From contig DCAF01000008.1 of assembly GCA_002311915.1 (NCBI GenBank), forward strand, positions 1,735 to 65,734: a DNA stretch of 64,000 nt, in the 5' to 3' direction. Numbering within the stretch: position 1 is the stretch's first letter; each line of letters begins with the position of its first letter. The DNA is from Sulfurovum sp. UBA1140. Its GTDB lineage: Bacteria; Campylobacterota; Campylobacteria; Campylobacterales; Sulfurovaceae. Of this stretch, positions 20,039-29,998 are shown in pieces. A program made the translations under genes and the position numbers. The notes beneath the pieces are model-generated. The model had not been told where the DNA came from. It saw nothing but the letters and a program-made list of their open reading frames with translations, and ran no database searches.

Positions 20039-20908
20039 ATGAAACTATACTACTATGCACACTCTGGACACAAAAATGGGTTAGATAGAGTTAAGAAAGC
20101 CGTGGCTTTGCTAAAGCATTTAAATAGGGCAGGGTTAGATACGATGTTGTTGGTTAATGATTTTAGAGCAGGATTGGTGGCTCGTGAGTTTGGAATTACA
20201 GAATCAGTAACCATTGAGACCATTCAAGATATTGATGCCATTGCAGAACATGGTGATGTAATAATTATAGACAGTCCAGAGAATCATCGAGGACGTTTAG
20301 AGAAGTATTGTACTCAATTCAAAAGGGTATTCCGATTGGCACAGAGCTGTGATGATAAGAGTCAATATGGAGAGGTAATGCTTCATATAAATTGCGAAGA
20401 TGAAGCGTGTATCTCCTCTTTAATTATTGATGATGTCTATTTTGAAGAGCATGAAAAAGTAGATAGAACGCTCTTCTTCTTGAGTGATTCAGATGCAGAT
20501 AAAACCATTCTTTCTAATGGTGATTTTTTTGAGGGTGAAGAGATGGAATTGCTGTTGGGACACTACTTCTATATTAAATATGAAGAGGATTTGGCTAAAG
20601 TCTTTAAAAAACTGCATGAACCAGAGGAGTATATTGAGTTAATTAGCACTAGTAAACGGGTAGTTACTGCTTCATTGCAATGTGCTTTAGAAGCAGGAAC
20701 CAGTGGAGCAGAAGTTGTATATATTTTAACAGAACCTTTGGATTTATGTATAGTAGAAAAGTTAAGAATCATGCAAGTTCGGACAATAGAGGGGTTTGAT
20801 AAAATTAAATATAAACATGTTATGTTGGATACTGCTAAAGGATGTCACTTAATCACCCAAGAGTGTAAAACAATTGCATCGAAAATTATAAATAATCTTG
20901 ATTTATAG
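20039..20908 (+). CDS. Hypothetical protein (possibly a degenerate GT-B/PseG-like fold)
   Basis: Long ORF. Start placed at ATG 20039 after SD GAGGA; extended -10 TGTTAGAAT upstream. Confidence 0.7.
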   Translation: MKLYYYAHSGHKNGLDRVKKAVALLKHLNRAGLDTMLLVNDFRAGLVAREFGITESVTIETIQDIDAIAEHGDVIIIDSPENHRGRLEKYCTQFKRVFRLAQSCDDKSQYGEVMLHINCEDEACISSLIIDDVYFEEHEKVDRTLFFLSDSDADKTILSNGDFFEGEEMELLLGHYFYIKYEEDLAKVFKKLHEPEEYIELISTSKRVVTASLQCALEAGTSGAEVVYILTEPLDLCIVEKLRIMQVRTIEGFDKIKYKHVMLDTAKGCHLITQECKTIASKIINNLDL

Positions 20909-20965
20909 AGAATATTAACGTCTTTTTTTTTATAATGGGTATGAAATTTATTATAAAGGAAAAGT

Positions 20966-21469
20966 ATGAGTAGTAGACGTGATTTTATGGGTATGGCTCT
21001 GGGTGGTTTTACAGCCCTTGGTGGTATCGGTGCATTATATGCAATGAAAAAATCTTGGGATCCACTTCCAAGTGTTAAAGCTGCGGGATTTACAAAAATT
21101 GACTTAAGTTCAATGGTTGAAAATAAACTGGCAGTTGAAAAATGGAGAGGTAAACCAATCTTTATCTTGAAAAAAACAGCAGATATGAAGAAAGATGATA
21201 GAGATCTCATTGTAGGGTCGGATAGATATCATCTATCTATTGGTTTATGTACACACCTTGGTTGTATTCCTGCTTATAAGCCAGATGACAAGAAGTTCTT
21301 GTGTGCCTGTCATGGTGGAGAATTTGATACTGCTGGTAACAACCTTCCTGGTTTACCACCTCCAAGCCCATTAGAGATTCCTCCATTCAAGCTTGAAGGA
21401 ACAACACTTGTTCTTGGTGAAACTGGTCCAGAGTATCAAAAAATGTTTGATGCTGGCATTACGGTATAG
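20966..21469 (+). CDS. petA: Ubiquinol-cytochrome c reductase Rieske subunit
   Basis: Tat-like SRRDF, with CTHLGC and CACHGG Rieske motifs. Confidence 0.97.
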   Translation: MSSRRDFMGMALGGFTALGGIGALYAMKKSWDPLPSVKAAGFTKIDLSSMVENKLAVEKWRGKPIFILKKTADMKKDDRDLIVGSDRYHLSIGLCTHLGCIPAYKPDDKKFLCACHGGEFDTAGNNLPGLPPPSPLEIPPFKLEGTTLVLGETGPEYQKMFDAGITV

Positions 21470-21478
21470 GGGGAATAG

Positions 21479-22696
21479 ATGGCAAAATTTGAAAAAGCAA
21501 GTAGTATAGGTGAGTGGTTAGACCAGCGTATAGCAGTAGAGACACTCAAAAAAGTTATGCAGACAGAGTACTGGATTCCAAAAGATATTAACTTCTTATG
21601 GGCAATGGGTATGGTTTTGGCTGCTACATTTGGTATTCTTATCGTTTCTGGTATTTTCCTTCTTATGTATTATCAACCACATGTTGACCATGCGTTTGAC
21701 TCTGTAAACTATTTGATTATGACGGAAGTTGGGTATGGTTGGTTGTGGAGACACATTCATGGTGTTGGTGCATCATTGGTCTTCTTAATCATTTATATTC
21801 ACATGTTTACAGGTATTTATTATGGTTCGTATAAAAGAGGTAGAGAACTTATTTGGATTTCAGGTATGTTACTTTTTGTACTCTTTTCTGCTGAAGCATT
21901 CTCTGGATATATGTTACCTTGGGGACAAATGAGTTACTGGGCTGGTATGGTTATTACCAACTTATTTTCTGGTGGTTCACTAGAAGCTTATGGTTTGGTC
22001 GAGTGGATTAGAGGGGATTATGTTCCTGCTCAAGCATTCTTGACACGATTCTTTATGTTACATGTATTCTTGATGCCGTTAATGATTATCGGTGCGATTG
22101 TATTCCACTTTGGAACACTTAGAATCCCACATGTTAACAATCAAGAGGGTGAAGATTTTGATTATGCTGAAGCTGCAGAGCTTTATAAAGCAGGTAAAGT
22201 AAAAGAGTCTAAGGTTATTCCATTTAGCCCTGTATTCTTGAGTAAAGATGTATTTGTAATGGGTGTCTATTTTGTTCTGTTTTTCTATCTTGTATTTTAC
22301 AACTTTAGTTTTGCAATGGATCCTGTAAACTTTGACCCTGCAAATGGCTTGAGTACACCAGCACACATCTACCCTGAGTGGTATTTCTTGTGGTCGTATG
22401 AGATTCTAAGACCATTTTCTAAAGATATTGGTTTGATCTTGTTTGCAATATCTCAAGTAATCTTCTTTACACTTCCATTCTTGGATAGAAGTCCAAATGT
22501 TGCACCAGCAAGTCGAAGAGGACTCTTTAAATACTGGTTCTGGATACTGTTGGTTGACTGTCTTATCTTGACATTTATGGGTAAATTACCACCAACAGAT
22601 CCAACATTCGCATCTATCGGATTGGTTTCAGCTGTTATATTCTTCGCATTATGGATAGCGTTGCCAATTATCACAAAATTAGAAAAAAAGCTGTAA
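21479..22696 (+). CDS. petB: Cytochrome b
   Basis: WLWRHIHGVGAS, YMLPWGQMSYW and PEWY motifs. Confidence 0.98.
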   Translation: MAKFEKASSIGEWLDQRIAVETLKKVMQTEYWIPKDINFLWAMGMVLAATFGILIVSGIFLLMYYQPHVDHAFDSVNYLIMTEVGYGWLWRHIHGVGASLVFLIIYIHMFTGIYYGSYKRGRELIWISGMLLFVLFSAEAFSGYMLPWGQMSYWAGMVITNLFSGGSLEAYGLVEWIRGDYVPAQAFLTRFFMLHVFLMPLMIIGAIVFHFGTLRIPHVNNQEGEDFDYAEAAELYKAGKVKESKVIPFSPVFLSKDVFVMGVYFVLFFYLVFYNFSFAMDPVNFDPANGLSTPAHIYPEWYFLWSYEILRPFSKDIGLILFAISQVIFFTLPFLDRSPNVAPASRRGLFKYWFWILLVDCLILTFMGKLPPTDPTFASIGLVSAVIFFALWIALPIITKLEKKL

Positions 22697-22706
22697 GGAG
22701 TAGAGA

Positions 22707-23657
22707 ATGAATAAAGAATTAAAAATATTCGCAGTTGTTGCAGCCTTTACAATAGCACTATACTGGGGAGTTGAGCCATTTGCTCACTCTCAAATGCATG
22801 CACATGTTGATGGTAATGGTTTAGTATATGATGGTAAAGCAGATATTGCATACACATCAAAAGATAAAGTGAAAGCGAAAAAAGCTTTCTGGGCAGATGT
22901 TAAAACCATAGCAGCACTTAAAGGTGATGTAACAGCTGGTGAAGCTGGTTTTGCAACATGTACGGGTTGTCACATGGATGGTGCGGCTAATATGGGTGGT
23001 GTTACTCCACCTATACTTGACCATGCAGGTGCATTGTATGACAAAAATTATCTTATTGCATTGATTAAAGATCCTGCAATGGCGATGAATACTGATCATA
23101 AATTTACAGGTACCAGGACCCATCCAATGGGTAGTATTAAAGCAATGATGACCGATAATCAGCAAATTGCTGACGTGGTTGCGTATATCAAAGCTAAAAA
23201 AGCAGGTGAAGTGACTCCAAAAGAGGCATATGTTGAATCCTGTGGACGATGTCATGCTAACCGTTATGGTAACTCGACTCAATTGGGTGAGACTCCTAAA
23301 TTTAAGTACAAAAAAGATGAGTTGGCTTATCAGATTAAAGTGCTTGAAGAGCAAGACTTAATTAAAGCCTATATGGGGAAAATTCCACCAGATTTGTCTA
23401 TTATCTATAGAGCTAGAAGCCACCACTTCTTGGAGACTTTTATAGAGAATCCACAGAGTCAACTTCACGGTACAGCGATGCCTAGAGTAGGACTTAGTGA
23501 GAATGGTATGCACAAAGTTATGGCATATCTTGAAGAGACAGGTGACCCTAGTAAACCAGCTAGAGATGCACTTGGACCATGGGTACTGCTATTTTTTGTT
23601 ATCTTTACAATTTTAGCTTATCTTTGGAAAAACTCTTTATGGAGAGATTTACATTAA
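22707..23657 (+). CDS. petC: Dihaem cytochrome c1
   Basis: CTGCH and CGRCH haem motifs, PPDLS, TAMP, and a C-terminal TM anchor. Confidence 0.93.
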   Translation: MNKELKIFAVVAAFTIALYWGVEPFAHSQMHAHVDGNGLVYDGKADIAYTSKDKVKAKKAFWADVKTIAALKGDVTAGEAGFATCTGCHMDGAANMGGVTPPILDHAGALYDKNYLIALIKDPAMAMNTDHKFTGTRTHPMGSIKAMMTDNQQIADVVAYIKAKKAGEVTPKEAYVESCGRCHANRYGNSTQLGETPKFKYKKDELAYQIKVLEEQDLIKAYMGKIPPDLSIIYRARSHHFLETFIENPQSQLHGTAMPRVGLSENGMHKVMAYLEETGDPSKPARDALGPWVLLFFVIFTILAYLWKNSLWRDLH

Positions 23658-23670
23658 TCTTTCTCTTTAG

Positions 23671-23700
23671 ATAAGAATAAGGCTTTTGCCTTGTTCTTAT
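23671..23700 (+). terminator. Intrinsic terminator of petABC
   Basis: ATAAGAATAAGGC-TTTT-GCCTTGTTCTTAT hairpin after the petC stop. Confidence 0.7.
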
Positions 23701-23800
23701 ATAACTATACTATTCTTTTCTGTTAAACTAAAATTTTTAATTTCCCTTAAACCATTTTTTCACTATTATTACCTTAAAATTTAAAATCTAGGCAATTCCC

Positions 23801-24350
23801 ATGACTGATTTAGAGATCACCCTTGATGACATTCGAGACAATTTTGACCAAAGAAGCATATTGCGAGGTAATGAGTATTATCTTGATGGTAGAGTGATTG
23901 AACTTAAAAGTTATGGTGTAGATAGAGCTAAAAATTTTGAGCAGATAGAGAAGTATGATATCATCTTAACCACCTATCACCAAACTAACAGGCTCGACAC
24001 AAAAGAGAGAAGAGGCGATAGAAAAATTTACCAAAGGTGATGCTACAATCTTCCTTATTAGCCTCAAAGCAGGTGGAGTAGGGCTAAACTTGGTAGAAGC
24101 TGATACGGTCATCCACTATGACCCTTGGTGGAATCCTGCTGTGGAGAATCAAGCTACGGACAGAGCTTATCGAATTGGGCAAGATAAGGCAGTGTTTGTC
24201 TATAAGTTAATCGTTGAGAACTCAATAGAGGAGCAGATTATAAAACTTCAAGAGAAGAAAAAATCACTTCAAGCAGGGATATATAAGGGCAATAAGGACA
24301 AGAGTGATAAGTTTGATGGTGAGGAGTTGGTGGAGCTGTTGAGGTTGTAA
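23801..24350 (+). pseudogene. Collapsed SNF2/SWIM-family helicase remnant
   Basis: N-terminal segment (RGNEYY..GRV), a mid ATPase fragment (YDIILTTY), then after a frameshift [57 protein letters not shown]. Confidence 0.85.
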
Positions 24351-24423
24351 TTTTTTTGACACATATCATCACACTTTTATCTACTTTTGGTTAATCTAAG
24401 CAAAAATTATTATATGGATTATT

Positions 24424-25395
24424 ATGCTTATAGATGGACACGGAAGAACCGTTGATTACCTTAGAGTCTCGGTGACAGAGAGATGTAACTTTAGATGTCA
24501 GTACTGTATGCCAGAGAAACCTTTCTCTTGGGTTCCACGAGAAAACCTACTCTCTTTTGAAGAGCTATTTTTGTTTATGAAAGTAGCGATAGATGAGGGT
24601 GTTACCAAAATTCGTATTACAGGTGGAGAACCACTCTTACGTGAGGGATTAGATACTTTCATTAGGATGATTCATGACTATAAGCCAGATATTGATTTGG
24701 CATTGACTACCAATGCTTACTTACTTCCTCAAACAGCACAAAAACTTAAAGATGCAGGACTTAAACGGCTCAATATCTCACTAGACTCTTTAAAGCCTGA
24801 AGTTGCTCAACAGATAGCACAGAAAGATGTTTTGGCACAGGTACTTAAGGGGATAGACAAAGCCTTAGAAGTTGGATTAGGAGTGAAAATCAATATGGTT
24901 CCTCTTAAAGGAATTAATGATGATGAGATTTTAGATATTATTGATTACTGTAAAGAGCGAAACATTAAAGTGCGATTTATTGAGTATATGGAAAATGCTC
25001 ATGCCAGTAAATCCATTGAGGGGATGCATGGACGAGAGATACTCGAAAAAGTAAAAGAGCGATATACCATCAATGCCTTAGGGCGTGAGGGGGCTAGTCC
25101 CTCGTTTAACTACAAATTAGATGATGGGTATGAGTTTGGACTCATCGACCCTCATAAGCATGACTTTTGTGAAAACTGTAACCGTATTCGATTGACAGCA
25201 GAGGGTAATTTGATTCCTTGTTTGTATTTTGATGAGGCATTAAGTATCGCCAAAGCTGTTAAAGCAGGAGACATCGAGGGTGCGAGTCAAGTGTTGGCAA
25301 AGGTACTTAAAGATAAACCCAAAGAGAACCGTTGGAGTGAAGATTTAAATGGTGAAGATGTCTCGGCAAGAGCTTTTTATGAGACGGGTGGGTGA
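24424..25395 (+). CDS. moaA: GTP 3',8-cyclase (molybdopterin biosynthesis)
   Basis: [27 protein letters not shown], and terminal TGG. Confidence 0.97.
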   Translation: MLIDGHGRTVDYLRVSVTERCNFRCQYCMPEKPFSWVPRENLLSFEELFLFMKVAIDEGVTKIRITGGEPLLREGLDTFIRMIHDYKPDIDLALTTNAYLLPQTAQKLKDAGLKRLNISLDSLKPEVAQQIAQKDVLAQVLKGIDKALEVGLGVKINMVPLKGINDDEILDIIDYCKERNIKVRFIEYMENAHASKSIEGMHGREILEKVKERYTINALGREGASPSFNYKLDDGYEFGLIDPHKHDFCENCNRIRLTAEGNLIPCLYFDEALSIAKAVKAGDIEGASQVLAKVLKDKPKENRWSEDLNGEDVSARAFYETGG

Positions 25396-25396
25396 T

Positions 25397-26080
25397 TTGA
25401 AGTTTGTTAATAAAAAGGTCATAATTTTTGATTTGGATGGCACACTTATTGATAGCTCTCCTGATTTATCACACGCTGTAAACCATATGTTAGAGCAGTT
25501 AAACCTCTCTACTTTTAGTGAATCAACGGTTCATGGGTGGGTAGGAAATGGTGCATCTACTTTGGTTAAACGCGCGTTATCGGGAGATAGTCTAATAGAT
25601 GAGACGATAGACCCTAAATTGTTTGAAAAAGCTCTTGATATTTTTTTAAAATTTTATGCTAAAAACCTCTGTGTGGCGACAACACTTTACCCCAATGTTA
25701 AAGAGACATTAGCATCTTTAAAAAAAGAGGGTTATATCTTGGTTATTGTGACCAACAAACCGTTTGATTTTGTAGCACCTATCTTAAAAGGTTTGGGCTT
25801 AGATGGGTTATTTGAGTTCTATTTAGGTGGAGAGAGTTTAGAGAAGCGAAAGCCTGACCCTATGCCTCTGTTTTATGTGTGTGAGAAGCTTAACGTTACT
25901 GTTGAAGAGTGTGTGATGATAGGTGATTCAAAAAATGATATTATCTCAGCCAATCATGCAAAAATGCAGAGTGTTGGGGTCACTTATGGTTATAATTATG
26001 GTGAAGATATTGCTCTTTATCAGCCCACGATGATGGTGGATGATTTTGCCGATATTTTACCAAGTTTTATAGGACAGTAG
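25397..26080 (+). CDS. gph: Phosphoglycolate phosphatase (HAD family)
   Basis: FDLDGTLIDS, TNK, KPDP and IGDS motifs. Probable TTG start at 25397. Confidence 0.88.
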   Translation: MKFVNKKVIIFDLDGTLIDSSPDLSHAVNHMLEQLNLSTFSESTVHGWVGNGASTLVKRALSGDSLIDETIDPKLFEKALDIFLKFYAKNLCVATTLYPNVKETLASLKKEGYILVIVTNKPFDFVAPILKGLGLDGLFEFYLGGESLEKRKPDPMPLFYVCEKLNVTVEECVMIGDSKNDIISANHAKMQSVGVTYGYNYGEDIALYQPTMMVDDFADILPSFIGQ

Positions 26081-26082
26081 CA

Positions 26083-27498
26083 ATGAATCAAAAAGCAAAA
26101 ATAGCCGTTATCGGTGGTGGTGTGGCAGGTGCTTCAACAGCACTCTATCTAGGAAATTTAGGGCTAGAGGTGACACTTTTTGAAAGAGAGACCTCTTTGG
26201 TCAATGGCCCCCCATTTTGTCATCTTCATGCAGGGGGCAATCTCTATCCTAATATTTCTGATGAGCAGTGTATTAAACTACTCAAACAGTCCATAGATTT
26301 TTTGCGTTTTTATCCTCATGTGGTAGATTATCGCCCCACGGTGATTGCACTGCCCAATTATTGTACTTCTAATGTAAACAACCTGTTTCCTCGTCTTAAA
26401 AAACTACAAAAAGAGTATGAATTACTAATAGAAAATGACCCTAAAAATAGAGTCTTAGGCGAGAGTAAAGATTACTATAGACTCTATAGCAAAGAGCAGA
26501 TAGAGGACTTAAAAGAGGGAAAAATAACCAACAGTTTAGATAAATGGATGGTTCCTGTAGCTCAAAATATAGACTTGACCAAAGTACAGTTTCCCCTCAT
26601 TTTAGTTCAAGAGTATGGGCTTAACCTCTTTCGTTTGGGTGCGAGTATGGCTCTTGCTTTAAAAAAAATAGAAGAGGTTCAAGTTTTGTTCAATACAACA
26701 GTGACCAATGTAGTAAAAGATAAGAACCGTTGGAATATCAGTTATCAAAAAGATGAAGAGATAGCCCAAGAGAATTTTGATTATCTTATTAACGCCACAG
26801 GGTTTAGAACAGGAAAAATAGATGATTTTTTAGATGTCCCTTGTAAAAAAATGGTCGAGTTTAAAGCAGCTTATGTAACCAAATGGGAACAGGCAGAGGG
26901 TACTCTTTTTCCTGAAATAATCTTTCATGGAGAGCGAGGAACCCCCCAAGGAATGGGACAGTTCACCCCTTATCCCAATGGTCACTTCCAGCTTCACGGC
27001 ATGACCAATGAGATTACACTCTATAAAGATGGATTGGTTGCAAGTACGGCTCTAAGTTGTCAACCACAACTCAAACCAAACTTCATCGAAAAGATTGAGA
27101 AGTCGTGGAGTAAGGAGGAGGTGGAGCAGAGAACGAAAAGTGCTATCCAACATCTATCCAAATTTATCCCCTCTTTTAGCCAAGCAAGAGTGGGTTCAAA
27201 ACCTCTTTTTGGAGCGCAACAAATCCCAGGAGATGACCCATCACTTCGTGTGGCAGAGGTCTCATTTCCTACTGAAAAATATGCACGATGTGAGATTGTT
27301 AAAGTCTCCTCAGTCATTGATATGATAGATAGCATTGTTGGTGAATTGATAAAGCTTGGTTATGTAGATAAGCGTTGTAATTTTGAACCGATGATAGATG
27401 AGAAAGAGGCAGATATTACAAAAGTTGCTGAGTTGATTTGTAGAGAACGAGAGTATCCCGAGATGTTGGCTCATCGGAGTGTTTTGGGATTACAATAA
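26083..27498 (+). CDS. FAD-dependent oxidoreductase of unknown substrate
   Basis: Rossmann IGGGVAG and GPPFCHLHAGG motif. Confidence 0.8.
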   Translation: MNQKAKIAVIGGGVAGASTALYLGNLGLEVTLFERETSLVNGPPFCHLHAGGNLYPNISDEQCIKLLKQSIDFLRFYPHVVDYRPTVIALPNYCTSNVNNLFPRLKKLQKEYELLIENDPKNRVLGESKDYYRLYSKEQIEDLKEGKITNSLDKWMVPVAQNIDLTKVQFPLILVQEYGLNLFRLGASMALALKKIEEVQVLFNTTVTNVVKDKNRWNISYQKDEEIAQENFDYLINATGFRTGKIDDFLDVPCKKMVEFKAAYVTKWEQAEGTLFPEIIFHGERGTPQGMGQFTPYPNGHFQLHGMTNEITLYKDGLVASTALSCQPQLKPNFIEKIEKSWSKEEVEQRTKSAIQHLSKFIPSFSQARVGSKPLFGAQQIPGDDPSLRVAEVSFPTEKYARCEIVKVSSVIDMIDSIVGELIKLGYVDKRCNFEPMIDEKEADITKVAELICREREYPEMLAHRSVLGLQ

Positions 27499-27499
27499 T

Positions 27500-27617
27500 G
27501 GTGTTAGAGGTAAATATGCCCAAGTCTATAAAGAGGGTGAATATTATAAAAATAGATACAGATATAATGAAGTTTTTTCCTGATACAAAGTCTGTAAATG
27601 AAGAGTTACGAACTTGA
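27500..27617 (+). pseudogene. Frameshifted relic of a BrnA-like/CopG-type antitoxin
   Basis: One frame reads GVRGKYAQVYKEG and the shifted frame continues VNIIKIDTDIMKFFPDTKSVNEELRT*. Together they resemble the family motif GVRGKY..LDPDV..FPDS.SVNEALR. Confidence 0.55.
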
Positions 27618-27700
27618 TGATGTTTTAGCTCATAAAGATGACAATCCAATGATAGGGCTGATAGAGAGTGAGTTTTTAAATATAGAGGATAATAAATAAA

Positions 27701-28459
27701 ATGTTCTACCTAACCGAAAAATTCTTCTCCATTCAAGGAGAAGGTAAATATGCAGGAATCCCATCGTACTTTTTACGTACGGGTGGGTGTAATTTGAGTT
27801 GCCCAGGGTTTGGGGCTAGTTATGATGTGAATGGTGTGGAGCAGATGGGGTGTGATACTTACTTTGCTGTAGACTCTCATTTTTCCTCTTCTTGGGAGAA
27901 GGTAGAGAAGGCTTCTGTGCTGATTGCTCATTTGGATAAGGAGTTTGAAAAAATTGGTTATATTCCACAAATAGTTATTACAGGTGGAGAGCCTTTAATG
28001 TATTATAAGGATGAGGTCTTTTATAGTGTTATTGCATGGTTGGTATATCAAGGAACTCGTATAACCTTTGAAACAAATGGGACGATAGAGATTGATTTTA
28101 AAAAGTATGGCATGTATACACAGACTACTTTTGCACTCTCTATAAAACTAGCCAATTCAGGAGAGCCAAAAAATAGACGAATTAAGCCACGGGCTATTGC
28201 GAATATAGTGAACTACTCATATGATAGCTTTTTTAAATTTACGATTGATAAAAAATTGGTAGAGACAACGGCATTTGATGAGATAGAGGAGATAACAAAG
28301 GTATTTAAAAAGCCAAATATCTATTGTATGCCTGTTGGGGAGAGTCGTTCAAATATTTGGCACAATGACAGGGCTGTATTTGAGTTTTGTATGAAGCATG
28401 GGTTTAATTATAGTGATAGGTTGCATATACGGGTTTTTGATACGACGCAGGGGGTATAG
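27701..28459 (+). CDS. queE: 7-carboxy-7-deazaguanine synthase
   Basis: [30 protein letters not shown] and RLHI motifs. Confidence 0.9.
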   Translation: MFYLTEKFFSIQGEGKYAGIPSYFLRTGGCNLSCPGFGASYDVNGVEQMGCDTYFAVDSHFSSSWEKVEKASVLIAHLDKEFEKIGYIPQIVITGGEPLMYYKDEVFYSVIAWLVYQGTRITFETNGTIEIDFKKYGMYTQTTFALSIKLANSGEPKNRRIKPRAIANIVNYSYDSFFKFTIDKKLVETTAFDEIEEITKVFKKPNIYCMPVGESRSNIWHNDRAVFEFCMKHGFNYSDRLHIRVFDTTQGV

Positions 28460-28521
28460 CAAAATAAATATTAAGTTTATCTGTATATAATCGAAAAAAC
28501 AGTAAAAAAGGTCTTGACAGT

Positions 28522-29220
28522 ATGCCAAACAGCAAATTAAAAACAGAAGCATTGGAGCTTTTTAATGCAAAAGAGTACCCCAAAGCATTGGAACTTTATC
28601 AATACCTTGCCCAGCAGGGGGATTTTTCTTCTTTGGCAACAGTGGGATATTTTTACCACAATGGTTTAGGGGTAGAAAAGAACTATACAAAAGCAATAGC
28701 TTATTATGAAAAAGCTTCTGATGCGGGGGAACACTCCTCTTCTTATAATCTTGGACTCTTGTATTTAAAGGGGTTAGGGGTTGAAAAAAATAGTGTTAAA
28801 GCTCATGAATATTATCTTAAAGCAGCGACAAAAGGTATGCCCCAAGCTCAATTTGATGTGGCATTAATGTTTGAGAATGGAGAAGGGTGTGAGAAGAACT
28901 ATTCAGAATCAGCTTTTTGGTACGAAGAGTCAGCCAAACGGGGGAATGCAGAAGCTTTTAATAATCTTGGAGCATTATTTAAAGAGGGGATAGGGGTAGA
29001 ACAGAGTGATAAAAAAGCCTATATTCTATTTAAGCAGTCAGCAACAAGAGGTTCACCTCAGGGGCAGTTTAATTTGGGTGCGATGTATGACCAAGGATTG
29101 GGGTGTGAGACCAATCAAGAAAAAGCGATAGAGTGGTGTCGAAAAGCTTCATTTCAAGGGCATCAAAAAGCCAAAGATATTATGCACCGTATGCAACAAG
29201 ATGGGCAGATAGTATTTTAA
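28522..29220 (+). CDS. Sel1-like repeat protein
   Basis: About five repeats of G..Y..G.GVEK/Q...A..(W/Y)Y.KAA..G. Confidence 0.9.
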   Translation: MPNSKLKTEALELFNAKEYPKALELYQYLAQQGDFSSLATVGYFYHNGLGVEKNYTKAIAYYEKASDAGEHSSSYNLGLLYLKGLGVEKNSVKAHEYYLKAATKGMPQAQFDVALMFENGEGCEKNYSESAFWYEESAKRGNAEAFNNLGALFKEGIGVEQSDKKAYILFKQSATRGSPQGQFNLGAMYDQGLGCETNQEKAIEWCRKASFQGHQKAKDIMHRMQQDGQIVF

Positions 29221-29330
29221 TTAAAAGGATGTATTTTGAGCAAAGCCTTAAATACTACGCTGACGCTATGTCAACTTCAGCAGTTGGCTCATGCGACTGG
29301 TCGCATTTTAGAAAAGGAGATGAATAGTTA

Positions 29331-29912
29331 ATGATAATACGAAAACTGTTTAAATTTGAAAATGCCCACATTGTGCGTAACTGTAGTACCACCCGATGTA
29401 GTGAAAATTTGCATGGACACTCTTATAAAGTAGAGGTGCTTTTAGAGTCAAATTATCTTGACCATGGGCAGATGGTGTATGATTTTGGATTAACCAAACG
29501 ATACATTAAAGAGCTTATTGATGGGTTTGACCATGCCATTACCTTGTGGAGTGGTGATGATGGGGAGTATTTGAATGATATGAAAAAACACTCAAGTCGT
29601 TGGATAGAGCTTCCTGTGAGTCCCTCGGCTGAACAGTTTTCTCGGGTAATTTTTTTGTTGGTTGAACGTGTTTTAGAGTGTACAGGTATGGTTAATGGTG
29701 AACGAGAGGTTCAACTACACAGTGTTATTGTACATGAGACTGAAACAGGTTATGCCCAAGGATTTAAAGAAGATGCTCACAGTAAATTGATGGGAAAAAT
29801 AGATTTCAGGGATATTATTTTTTCTAAACAGGTGCAGAGCGAGTGGAGTGATGGGCAGTTATGGGAGAGTTTGTTAAATAAAAACTTAATGGTTAATCCA
29901 TTAAAAGTATAG
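29331..29912 (+). CDS. queD: 6-carboxy-5,6,7,8-tetrahydropterin synthase
   Basis: FENAH, C..NLHGHSY, DFG, FDH, PSAE, and V.VHET motifs. Confidence 0.9.
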   Translation: MIIRKLFKFENAHIVRNCSTTRCSENLHGHSYKVEVLLESNYLDHGQMVYDFGLTKRYIKELIDGFDHAITLWSGDDGEYLNDMKKHSSRWIELPVSPSAEQFSRVIFLLVERVLECTGMVNGEREVQLHSVIVHETETGYAQGFKEDAHSKLMGKIDFRDIIFSKQVQSEWSDGQLWESLLNKNLMVNPLKV

Positions 29913-29998
29913 AGTTGACCAAAATCAATTTTTTAGGAAAAAATAAAAATAATAGAGTATAATTGTACATCATATAATTAATAACATAAAGGAATAAC

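Noticed and set aside
29298-29320. GGTCGCA upstream of queD, resembling the loop of some preQ1-I riboswitches
   Set aside because: There is no complementary P1 partner or A-rich 3' tail in the required geometry, and the sequence is better explained by the local ATGCGAC/GTCGCAT hairpin.
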